A DNA stretch of 33,912 nt, taken from assembly GCA_944349405.1 (NCBI GenBank), contig CALVMY010000004.1, positions 1-33,912 of the forward strand, in the 5' to 3' direction. Positions within the stretch are counted from its first letter, which is position 1. The number at the start of each line of letters is the position of its first letter. Source of the DNA: an uncultured Bacilli bacterium. Its GTDB lineage: Bacteria; Bacillota_I; Bacilli_A; RFN20; CAG-826. Below are positions 9,693-17,913 of the stretch, one piece after another. The position numbers were made by a program, and so were the translations under genes. The notes below the pieces were generated by a model that did not search any database, was not told where the DNA came from, and saw nothing but the letters and a program-made list of their open reading frames with translations.

Positions 9693-11585
9693 ATGTTAAA
9701 CGGAAATATTCTAAATAACTACGATGTAATAGTAGTAGGAGCAGGTCATGCTGGAAATGAAGCAGCATTAGCGGCTGCACGAATGAAAAAAAGAGTCTTA
9801 TTAATAACTCTCAATTTTAAAATGGCCTCAAATATGCCTTGTAATCCTTCTATTGGAGGAAGTGCAAAAGGCATCGTTGTTAGAGAGATTGATGCTTTGG
9901 GTGGATTCATGGGTAAATGTGCTGATCAGGAATATTTACAAATGAAGATGCTAAATACAAAAAAAGGGCCTGGTGTTCAATGTTTAAGAGCTCAGGCAGA
10001 TAAAAAAAGATATCCGGCAAATATGCAAAAACATCTGCTAAGCGTTGAAAACTTAGATATTTTAGAAGATGAAGTTATTGGTTTATTAAACAATGAAAAT
10101 ACCGTTTTCGGAGTTAAAACAAGAAATAATCGTACTATTGAATCTAAAACCGTTATCTTAGCAACAGGAACTTATATGGATTCTGAAATTTTAAGAGGTC
10201 ATCATAAAGAAAGCGGAGGTCCTGACGGAGAAAAACCATCGATTGGATTATCTGATTATTTAAAAAAGATGGGCATTAAAATTCAAAGGTTGAAAACTGG
10301 AACGCCTCAAAGAATTGCAAAAGAATCGATTGATTTTTCTAAAGGTGAGATTCAAGAAGGAAATGTCGATGACGAAGGATTTTCTTATGAAACAAGTGAA
10401 TTTATCCCTTTAAATAAACAAATACCTTGTTATTTAATTTACACTACACAAGAAACTCATAAGATTATTAATGAACACCTTTTAGATTCGGCAATGTATG
10501 GTGGAATAGTTCAAGGAGTAGGACCAAGATATTGCCCCTCAATTGAAGATAAAATTGTTAGATTTAAAGATAAACCTAGACATCAATTGTTTCTAGAACC
10601 TGAAAGTTATGATACCAATTCTATTTATGTTCAAGGATTTTCTACTTCAATGCCTGAAGAAGTTCAAATTGAAATGGTTCATTCTTTGCCAGGCATGGAA
10701 AATGCCAAAATTTTAAAATATGCTTATGCAATCGAATACGATGCTTTAGATCCTCTTGAATTCGATAATTCTTTAATGGTTAAAAAATATAAGGGGTTAT
10801 TTATATCTGGCCAAATTTGTGGAACAAGTGGATATGAAGAAGCTGCTGGATTAGGATTAATGGCCGGTGTTAATGCCTGCTTATATATCGATAATAAACC
10901 ACCTTTTGTTTTAGGAAGAGATGAAGCTTATATTGGCGTTATGATTGACGATCTTATTACTAAAGGAACAAATGAACCTTATCGATTGCTTTCTTCAAGA
11001 GCAGAATATCGTCTTCTTTTAAGGCATGACAATGCTGATTTTAGATTATCAGAAAAAGCCCATGAATTAGGGCTAATTAGTGATGAGAGATATAATAAAT
11101 TTATAGATAAGAAAGAAAAAATGAAAAAAATTATTTCTTTACTTGAAGAGACTTATTTTGGAGCAAAATCCGAAATTAACGACTATCTTGTTTCTTTAGG
11201 ATATGAGAAATTAACTTATGGGGTCAATGCAAAAGAAATTTTAAAAAGAAACAACGTTACATTTGAAGGCATTGAAAAATATTTAAATTTAGATAAAGAA
11301 TTAGAAATTGATAATGTTGCAAAAAAACAATTAGAAATTTTTGTTAAATATGAAGGATATATTAAAAATCAAAGAAAGGAAGCTGAAAAACTTCATAAAT
11401 TGGATAATATTAAATTAAAAGATGATATCGATTATTTGTCTTTGGATGGTTTGGCTCTTGAAGCAAGACAAAAATTTGATGCAATTAGGCCAAAAACTAT
11501 TGGGCAAGCATCTAGAATAAGTGGCGTCAATCCATCGGACATCAATGTTTTAATAATGTATCTTAGAAAGAACAGGTTAATTTAA
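9693..11585 (+). CDS. mnmG: tRNA uridine-5-carboxymethylaminomethyl modification enzyme MnmG (GidA)
   Basis: YDVIVVGAGHAGNEAALAAAR FAD motif, GPRYCPSIEDK, and 630 aa, a typical length. Confidence 0.96.
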   Translation: MLNGNILNNYDVIVVGAGHAGNEAALAAARMKKRVLLITLNFKMASNMPCNPSIGGSAKGIVVREIDALGGFMGKCADQEYLQMKMLNTKKGPGVQCLRAQADKKRYPANMQKHLLSVENLDILEDEVIGLLNNENTVFGVKTRNNRTIESKTVILATGTYMDSEILRGHHKESGGPDGEKPSIGLSDYLKKMGIKIQRLKTGTPQRIAKESIDFSKGEIQEGNVDDEGFSYETSEFIPLNKQIPCYLIYTTQETHKIINEHLLDSAMYGGIVQGVGPRYCPSIEDKIVRFKDKPRHQLFLEPESYDTNSIYVQGFSTSMPEEVQIEMVHSLPGMENAKILKYAYAIEYDALDPLEFDNSLMVKKYKGLFISGQICGTSGYEEAAGLGLMAGVNACLYIDNKPPFVLGRDEAYIGVMIDDLITKGTNEPYRLLSSRAEYRLLLRHDNADFRLSEKAHELGLISDERYNKFIDKKEKMKKIISLLEETYFGAKSEINDYLVSLGYEKLTYGVNAKEILKRNNVTFEGIEKYLNLDKELEIDNVAKKQLEIFVKYEGYIKNQRKEAEKLHKLDNIKLKDDIDYLSLDGLALEARQKFDAIRPKTIGQASRISGVNPSDINVLIMYLRKNRLI

Positions 11586-11587
11586 CA

Positions 11588-12229
11588 ATGGAAAAAGAAT
11601 TTTTAATAAATAAATATATTGAATTAGTTTTATCAGAAAATGAAAAAATTAATTTAACTACTGTTGTTGATGTCAATGAATTTAAAAAAAGACATATCGA
11701 AGATTCCTTATCTACGTTAAAAGAATTTGATTTTTCTAATAAAACCATATTAGATTTAGGAAGTGGAGCCGGTTTGCCCGGAATTCCGTTAGCAATTTAT
11801 TTTCCAAATTCTTCATTTGTATTAGTTGAGCCAATTGAAAAAAGAGTAAAATTTTTAACAAAGGTTAAAAATGAACTCTCTTTAAATAATGTTGAAATTA
11901 TAAATAAAAGAATAGAAGAACTTTCTAAAAATATTAAATATGATGTTATTGTTTCTAGGGCTGTTAGTGAATTATCAATTTTACTTGAACTCTCAATTCC
12001 TTATTTGAAAATAGGTGGAATTTTGATTGCTTATAAAGGAAAAAAAGGAAAAGAAGAAATTAAAAAAGCAAATAATGCTTTAAAAACTTTAAATTCAAAA
12101 GTATTAAAAATACAGACGGAAAGAATTAATAACAATGATGAGAGAAACAACATATTTATTGTTAAAGAAAAGGATACAGATTCTAAATATCCAAGAATTT
12201 ATTCACAAATTAAGAAAAAACCACTCTAA
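11588..12229 (+). CDS. rsmG: 16S rRNA (guanine527-N7)-methyltransferase RsmG (GidB)
   Basis: SAM motif ILDLGSGAGLPGIPLAI, plus RAV and IAYKG motifs. It lies directly downstream of mnmG. Confidence 0.92.
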   Translation: MEKEFLINKYIELVLSENEKINLTTVVDVNEFKKRHIEDSLSTLKEFDFSNKTILDLGSGAGLPGIPLAIYFPNSSFVLVEPIEKRVKFLTKVKNELSLNNVEIINKRIEELSKNIKYDVIVSRAVSELSILLELSIPYLKIGGILIAYKGKKGKEEIKKANNALKTLNSKVLKIQTERINNNDERNNIFIVKEKDTDSKYPRIYSQIKKKPL

Positions 12230-12230
12230 T

Positions 12231-12263
12231 AAAAGCAAAACGTGAAAACATTTTGCTTTTTTT
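12231..12263 (+). terminator. Rho-independent terminator of mnmG-rsmG
   Basis: Perfect 10-bp stem aaaagcaaaa / ttttgctttt with loop cgtgaaaaca and a trailing T-run. Confidence 0.65.
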
Positions 12264-12318
12264 AATATAAATTAGTATTATTTTAGTATATTAAAAAGTT
12301 TTCACGTATTAATAAAAA

Positions 12319-13092
12319 ATGACTAAAATTATCGCAATTGCAAATCAAAAAGGCGGTGTTGGTAAAACAACTACATCAATTAACTTAGCTGCTGCTTTGG
12401 CCCTTACAAAAAGAAGTGTTCTTTTAGTTGATCTTGATCCTCAAGGAAATTCTTCTCGTGGATTAGGCATTGATATAACTTTATTGAATAAAACAATTTT
12501 TAACGCATTAATTTTAGAAACTGATATAAATAAAATCACAAGAAAAACTATGCTACAAACTTTAGAGGTTTTACCTTCTAATTTAAAATTGTCTAATTTA
12601 GAAAGCGAACTTCTTTTAAAAGGCTCAAGCGAGGATAATCCTTTTGTTTTAAAAAGAGCACTTCAACATTTAACTAAACATTATGATTATATAATTATTG
12701 ATTGCCCGCCTTCTTTAGGAATTTTATGTATAAATGCTTTATGTGCCGCAACATCAGTTTTGGTTCCTGTTCAATGTGAATATTTTGCCATGGAAGGCCT
12801 CGCTCAAATTTTAGGTACAATAAAAAGAGTTAAGCAACTATATAATCAATCATTAGAAATTGAGGGATTTCTTTTAACAATGCTTGAAAATGATTCTCAA
12901 TTAGCTTTAGAAGTCGTTAAAGAAGTAAGAGGCTTATTTAAAGAAACAACTTTTTTAACAGTTATACCAAGAAATAGTAGTTTAAGTGAATGTTCGGCAA
13001 GAGGACTACCGATATTCTTATATAAACCAACAAGTGCAGGAGCAATAGCTTATCAAGAATTTACTAAGGAGGTAATACAACATGAGAAATAG
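12319..13092 (+). CDS. parA: Chromosome partitioning ATPase ParA/Soj
   Basis: Deviant Walker [12 protein letters not shown], and [10 protein letters not shown]. The stop overlaps the parB start by 11 nt. Confidence 0.92.
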   Translation: MTKIIAIANQKGGVGKTTTSINLAAALALTKRSVLLVDLDPQGNSSRGLGIDITLLNKTIFNALILETDINKITRKTMLQTLEVLPSNLKLSNLESELLLKGSSEDNPFVLKRALQHLTKHYDYIIIDCPPSLGILCINALCAATSVLVPVQCEYFAMEGLAQILGTIKRVKQLYNQSLEIEGFLLTMLENDSQLALEVVKEVRGLFKETTFLTVIPRNSSLSECSARGLPIFLYKPTSAGAIAYQEFTKEVIQHEK

Positions 13093-14011
13093 TTCCAAGA
13101 TTTTAAAAAACTCTTTAAAAAAACTTGTTAATCGTTTTGGTCGTGAAGATTTTGTTTCGGCGATATTAAAAAATTCACCAAAAGAAGATATTACAAATAC
13201 CTCTTTAAAGGATATTACCGATAACCATTATCTTAAAAAAGCAAAAATTGATGAAGTAAAAATTACTCAAGCCGAAAAAATTATTAAAGAAAGTGGATTT
13301 TTTGATCCTATTATTGTTCGCGAATATCAAGGAAAATACGAAGTAGTAATTGGAAGAGTTAAATATATTGCCGCTAAAAGTTTAAAACTTGAAACTATTC
13401 CGGTTGTTGTTTTACAACTTAGCGAAGAAGAATCGCTTTTATGTATGCTTAAAGAAATTAGCGACCGTAAAACGATGAACATTTACGAATTAGCTTTAAT
13501 TTGCTCTCACTTAAAGAAAGATTTTGATTATAAAAATAAAGAATTGGCTGATTTTTTAAATCAATCGTCTTCTCAAATTTCAAATCTATTGCAAATTTTA
13601 TCTTTACCAGAAGAAATTTTAGCAGAAATCTCCATGAATAGACTCTCTTATGGCCATGCTAAAGCCATTTCTCGACTCCCTTCTAATGAGGTATTGGCTG
13701 CCGTTCAAAAAATTCAGAAAGAACATCTTTCAGTTCGTGAAACGGAAGAATTAGTTAGAAGAGCAAAAGTTTTATTAGAAGATAAAAAAGACAGCAATGA
13801 TGGGAACGATTCTTCTATAGTAATTGAAAAAATCGAAATTGAGAAAAAAGACAAAAGAAACGAACTTGTTAATGTTGAAAAAACAAAAGAAAATAACGAA
13901 GCTAAAGATGAATTGACACTCGTTATAAAATTTAAAGACAAAAAAGCTTTAAAAGATGGATTAAAAAAATTAAATAGAATGATTAAAAAAGAAAAATGTG
14001 TGATAGAATAA
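13082..14011 (+). CDS. parB: ParB/Spo0J-family partition protein, divergent N-terminal domain
   Basis: The HTH region [28 protein letters not shown] is typical of ParB, and the gene follows parA. The ParB-box motifs are degenerate (see findings). Confidence 0.85.
   Translation: MRNSSKILKNSLKKLVNRFGREDFVSAILKNSPKEDITNTSLKDITDNHYLKKAKIDEVKITQAEKIIKESGFFDPIIVREYQGKYEVVIGRVKYIAAKSLKLETIPVVVLQLSEEESLLCMLKEISDRKTMNIYELALICSHLKKDFDYKNKELADFLNQSSSQISNLLQILSLPEEILAEISMNRLSYGHAKAISRLPSNEVLAAVQKIQKEHLSVRETEELVRRAKVLLEDKKDSNDGNDSSIVIEKIEIEKKDKRNELVNVEKTKENNEAKDELTLVIKFKDKKALKDGLKKLNRMIKKEKCVIE
13981..14009 (+). promoter_or_regulatory. Candidate promoter of the ribU leader, inside the parB 3' end
   Basis: Extended -10 TGaTAGAAT (14001-14009) places the TSS at about the first nucleotides of the riboswitch. 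The -35 is weak. Confidence 0.4.
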
Positions 14012-14135
14012 TATTGCTTCAGGGTGTTGTGTGATTCAAAACTGGTGGTAAACCCCACGAGCTAGTAAGTAGCATGAACTAGTGAAATTCTAGTGGCAAC
14101 AGTTAAAGTCTGGATGAAAGAAAGCGAATATTGTT
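14011..14135 (+). promoter_or_regulatory. FMN riboswitch (RFN element) aptamer
   Basis: Strings match the RFN consensus: cttcAGGGt, CTGGTGGTAaa-CCCCACGAGC, AGTGAAATTCtag and GGCAACAGTtaAAGTCTGGATGaaAGAAag. The closing P1 is attgcttc / gaaagcgaat. Confidence 0.9.
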
Positions 14136-14149
14136 TAACTTTTTTTGAG

Positions 14150-14179
14150 ATAACCCTGCAAGTGAAAGGGTTATTTTTT
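14150..14179 (+). terminator. Riboswitch expression-platform terminator
   Basis: Stem ataaccct / agggttat followed by TTTTT, ending one nt before the ribU ATG. The right arm contains the SD-like gaaaggg. Confidence 0.75.
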
Positions 14180-14821
14180 ATGAAACTTAAAAAAACTTTG
14201 CTTATTATTGCTCGAGTAGCAATATTTGGCGCGCTTGCAATTATTCTTTATATGATTCCTGGCTTACAATTTCCTATTTTTCCAGGGCTTCCATTTTTAA
14301 AGATTCATTTTGATGAAATTCCTGTTTTATTTGCCTCATTAGCTTATGGACCTTTTACCGGAACCTTAATTATTATTTTAAAAGGATTATTTAAGCTTAT
14401 CCAAGACGTAGGAGAAACTGGTGGAATTGGTGTTTTAGCAGATGTTATTTATGGATTAAGTTTTATTTTGCCTGCTGCTTTTATTTATAAATATCATAAA
14501 AATTTTAAAATGGGATTAGTAGCAATTTTTAGTGGAATGGCTGTTAATTTATTTGTTTCATCATTTTTAGGATATTTTATAATTTATCCTCTATATGGAT
14601 TTTATTTTAATCCGAATGCAAAAAGTTATGTTGAAGCGATGGAAACGGTATTATCTTTATTTGTAGCAGCTGATAGTTCTATTTCTTCATGGTATGATCC
14701 TAAAATATTCTTTGAATTCTTATTACCATTTAACCTAATTAAAGATGCTGTAATAGTAGTAGTTACGATATTAGTTTATAAACCACTTTCTTTATTAATA
14801 AAAAGAAGCGAAAATAAGTAA
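14180..14821 (+). CDS. ribU: Riboflavin ECF-transporter S component RibU
   Basis: Polytopic membrane protein of S-component size sitting behind an FMN riboswitch. The start is moved to the ATG at 14180, because the ORF-track start at 14093 lies inside the aptamer. Confidence 0.85.
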   Translation: MKLKKTLLIIARVAIFGALAIILYMIPGLQFPIFPGLPFLKIHFDEIPVLFASLAYGPFTGTLIIILKGLFKLIQDVGETGGIGVLADVIYGLSFILPAAFIYKYHKNFKMGLVAIFSGMAVNLFVSSFLGYFIIYPLYGFYFNPNAKSYVEAMETVLSLFVAADSSISSWYDPKIFFEFLLPFNLIKDAVIVVVTILVYKPLSLLIKRSENK

Positions 14822-14852
14822 AAAAAATAACCTTCTGACGAGGTTATTTTTT
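14821..14852. terminator. Bidirectional terminator between ribU and the ferredoxin gene
   Basis: aaaaaa-ataacct-tctgacg-aggttat-tttttt: the stem is flanked by an A-run and a T-run and sits between convergent genes. Confidence 0.65.
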
Positions 14853-14872
14853 AAATGTATTAGTTAAGATAA

Positions 14873-15055
14873 CTATTCTTTTTCAATAGCACCAGCTGGG
14901 CATGAAGCAATAGCTTCTTCGGCAACACTATCATCGCATTCTGCAACGACTTCAGCTTTATTTTCAGCATCAAATGTGAAAACGTCTGAATATGAACCGA
15001 CGCAAAGGCCACAACCGACACATGCATCTTTATTAACTTTTAATTTTACTGCCAT
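14873..15055 (-). CDS. Small single-cluster ferredoxin (60 aa)
   Basis: CVGCGLC ... CP cluster motif, and a strong RBS (AGGAGGaagaacccATG). Confidence 0.9.
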   Translation of the reverse strand: MAVKLKVNKDACVGCGLCVGSYSDVFTFDAENKAEVVAECDDSVAEEAIASCPAGAIEKE

Positions 15056-15212
15056 GGGTTCTTCCTCCTAAAACTATCTTATAGTATAGTTTATAAAATG
15101 AATTTTAAAAAGTAGATTTTTGTTAGCAAAAACTAACTATTTATCGTATTTTTATTTATTTTACCTTCTTTATAAATGTTTTATGTTCTTAAAAATGTTA
15201 AAATATTTAGGT

Positions 15213-15488
15213 ATGGATTCAAGAAAAGAAAAATATCAAGATTACCGCAACGAAATAATGAATTCTCCTTCATTAAAAGATATGAGAATTCGCGTTCTTA
15301 AAGAATTAGAAGATAATAAAAAAATTAAGAAAAGATATATTCAAAAAGAGGAAAATAAAAAATCGATTTATTCTTTATATTTAAAAAAAAGAAGAACTAA
15401 AATTATTATCTATTCTTTAATTTTTGCTTTAGTTATTGTTATAATCATTATCGGAATTTATTTTGGAGTTAGAAGTATTAATGGATAA
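15213..15488 (+). CDS. Small C-terminally anchored membrane protein, unknown function (91 aa)
   Basis: MDSRKEKYQDYRNEI..., a basic K-rich middle section and one C-terminal TM segment (IIIYSLIFALVIVIIIIGIYFGV). The stop overlaps the cmk start. The start choice is uncertain. Confidence 0.55.
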   Translation: MDSRKEKYQDYRNEIMNSPSLKDMRIRVLKELEDNKKIKKRYIQKEENKKSIYSLYLKKRRTKIIIYSLIFALVIVIIIIGIYFGVRSING

Positions 15489-16158
15489 GAAAAATTTTAT
15501 TTCAATCGCAATCGATGGACCAAGCGCTAGTGGAAAATCTACTGTCGCTAAACTTTTGGCTTCACGTTTAAATTTTTTATATGTCGATACTGGCGCGATG
15601 TATCGAGCTTATACTTTAGCGGTTTTATCTTCTTCGCTAAATGCAAAAAATGAAAAAGAATCTGATAGTTTAATTGGAAAAATTGAAATAAATTTTGATG
15701 AAAATAATCATGTTTGTTTAAATGGAAAAGATGTTTCGAAAGAAATTAGAGAAAATAATGTTGCCGATAATGTTTCATATATTGCTTCTTATAAAAATAT
15801 CCGTTTATTTTTAGTTTCTTTACAGCGAAAAATCGCTAATAACAAAAATATAGTAATGGATGGAAGAGATATAGGAACCTATGTCTTAAAAGATGCTGAA
15901 GTTAAAATTTTTTTAAGTGCGGATGTTGAAGAAAGAGCAAGAAGAAGATTTAGCGAGAATAAAGAAAAAGGTATCGATACAAGTTATGAAGAATGTTTAG
16001 AAAATATAAAGAAAAGGGATTATATCGATTCGCATCGTGATTTCTGTCCTCTTCGTCCTGCAAGTGATGCAATTCATATTGATTCAACTAATCTCTCTAT
16101 TGAAGAAGTAGTTTCAAAAATGGAAGAGATTATTAAAAAGAAAGGTTATTTATTATGA
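15481..16158 (+). CDS. cmk: Cytidylate kinase
   Basis: IAIDGPSASGKSTVAK and YVDTGAMYRA. The ATG at 15481 is chosen, and the stop forms an ATGA overlap with der. Confidence 0.93.
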   Translation: MDKKNFISIAIDGPSASGKSTVAKLLASRLNFLYVDTGAMYRAYTLAVLSSSLNAKNEKESDSLIGKIEINFDENNHVCLNGKDVSKEIRENNVADNVSYIASYKNIRLFLVSLQRKIANNKNIVMDGRDIGTYVLKDAEVKIFLSADVEERARRRFSENKEKGIDTSYEECLENIKKRDYIDSHRDFCPLRPASDAIHIDSTNLSIEEVVSKMEEIIKKKGYLL

Positions 16159-17465
16159 GCCTCCCTTTAGTTGCAATAGTTGGTTCTCCTTCGGTCGGTA
16201 AATCAACAATTTACAACCGTATTGTAGGTGAGAAAAAGTCAATTGTTGAAGAAACAAGAGGAGTTACTAGAGATAGAATTTATTCAAAAACGAGTTGGCT
16301 AACAATTCCTTTTAATATTGTCGATACCGGTGGAATTGAAGTAGAAAATAAACCTTTTCAAGAACAAATTCGAATTCAAGCTCAAATAGCGATTGATGAA
16401 GCTGATGTTATTATTTTTGTTACTGATGGGAAAATAGGTTTAAATGAAGACGATTATTTAATTGCTAAAATGCTTCGAAAAACTAATAAACCTGTAATTT
16501 TAGCAGTTAATAAGATTGATAATATCGAACAAATTAACAATATTTACGAATTTTATGGTTTGTCTTTAGGTGATCCTATTGCTATAAGTGGAGAACATGG
16601 TATAGGGATAGGCGATTTATTGGATAAAGTTATAGAAGTTTTACCAAAAAAGGAAGATGAAACAAAAGATAAAAATGTTATTTCTTTTTCTCTTATTGGT
16701 CGTCCAAATGTTGGGAAATCATCATTATTTAATAAATTAGTTGATGAAAACCGAATGATTGTTTCAAATATCGAAGGAACGACTCGTGATTCAATTGACT
16801 TAACTTTCAAATATAAGGACAAATTTTATCAAGTAATAGATACTGCCGGATTAAAAAAACGCGGAAAAATATATGAATCTATCGATAAATATGCCGCTTT
16901 AAGAGCTTTAAGAAGCATTGATAAATGCGATATTGCTTTATTATTGATCGATGCAAATGATGGAATTAGAGAACAAGACAAACACGTTGTTGGCTATGCG
17001 GTTGAAGCAAAAAAAGCCATTATTGTTATTATAAACAAGTGCGATTTAATCGATGATTTAAATACTTTTAAAAAAGAATTTAAAGAGAAATTTGTTACTC
17101 AATTTAAATTTTTAGATTATGTCCCAATAATTTTTACATCTACTTTGAAATTTAATAATAAAAATGAAATATTTAAAACAATTGATGAAGTTTATGAATC
17201 ATATTCATTCGAAATAAAAACTTCAGTTTTAAATGATATTATTCAAGAAGCGCAAATGATGAATGAATCACCTGATTTTAATGGAGGAAGAGTAAGAATA
17301 TATTATGCTCAACAAATTTCTTCAAAGCCTCTTACCATCGCCTTATTTGTTAATGACCCAAAATTTATGCATTTCTCATACTTAAGATATATCGAAAATA
17401 AAATTCGTGATTCTTTTTCTTTAATCGGTTCTCCAATTAATCTTGTTTTACGCAAAAGAAAATAG
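16155..17465 (+). CDS. der: Ribosome-associated GTPase Der (EngA), two GTPase domains
   Basis: Two G domains (GSPSVGKST...DTGG...NKID and GRPNVGKSS...DTAG...NKCD) plus a KH-like C-terminus. Confidence 0.95.
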   Translation: MSLPLVAIVGSPSVGKSTIYNRIVGEKKSIVEETRGVTRDRIYSKTSWLTIPFNIVDTGGIEVENKPFQEQIRIQAQIAIDEADVIIFVTDGKIGLNEDDYLIAKMLRKTNKPVILAVNKIDNIEQINNIYEFYGLSLGDPIAISGEHGIGIGDLLDKVIEVLPKKEDETKDKNVISFSLIGRPNVGKSSLFNKLVDENRMIVSNIEGTTRDSIDLTFKYKDKFYQVIDTAGLKKRGKIYESIDKYAALRALRSIDKCDIALLLIDANDGIREQDKHVVGYAVEAKKAIIVIINKCDLIDDLNTFKKEFKEKFVTQFKFLDYVPIIFTSTLKFNNKNEIFKTIDEVYESYSFEIKTSVLNDIIQEAQMMNESPDFNGGRVRIYYAQQISSKPLTIALFVNDPKFMHFSYLRYIENKIRDSFSLIGSPINLVLRKRK

Positions 17466-17577
17466 TATAATTTGGGCGTTTTTAAACATGTTTATAATAT
17501 TTACATTGTGAATGTTATATGATTTAATAAATTATCAAATACAATTTGATAATATTTAATTGTAAGGAGTAGGAACA

Positions 17578-17850
17578 ATGAACAAAGCTGAATTGATTGT
17601 CGCCGTTAGTGAATCAACAAAATTATCAAAGAAAGATACCGAAAGAGTTATTGATTCATTCTTTGAAGAAGTAGCACATGCTTTAGAACATGGCGAAGTC
17701 GTAAAAGTTTCTGGTTTTGGAGCTTTCCAAGTTAAATCAAGAAAAGAAAGAATCGGAACTTCCCCTGTTGATGGTAAAAAAATTAAAATCCCAGCAACAA
17801 AGACTGTTGGATTCAAACCATCAAAAAGCCTTAAAGATTTAGTTAAGTAG
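17578..17850 (+). CDS. hup: Nucleoid-associated DNA-binding protein HU
   Basis: MNKAELI...GFGAFQV..R..R.G.SP..G..I.IPA, 90 aa, RBS AAGGAG. Confidence 0.95.
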   Translation: MNKAELIVAVSESTKLSKKDTERVIDSFFEEVAHALEHGEVVKVSGFGAFQVKSRKERIGTSPVDGKKIKIPATKTVGFKPSKSLKDLVK

Positions 17851-17874
17851 TTTGTTGAGGTTAAAAATAAAATT

Positions 17875-17901
17875 GAGCTAGCTTCAAAACTAGCTTTTTT
17901 A
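17875..17901 (+). terminator. hup terminator
   Basis: Stem agctag / ctagct with an 8-nt loop, followed by TTTTTT. Confidence 0.7.
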
Positions 17902-17913
17902 TTTATTTTGAAT

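Noticed and set aside
13714-14058. 114-aa minus-strand ORF spanning the parB 3' end and the FMN riboswitch
   Set aside because: Its S/F/L-rich low-complexity translation is antisense to the Lys/Glu-rich parB tail, and it would run through a conserved riboswitch aptamer. It is a shadow ORF. The same reasoning applies to 5933..6181, 9376..9564, 11563..11748, 16553..16822, 17556..17816, 23435..23695, 25442..25681, 30698..30916, 32793..33032 and 33127..33321.
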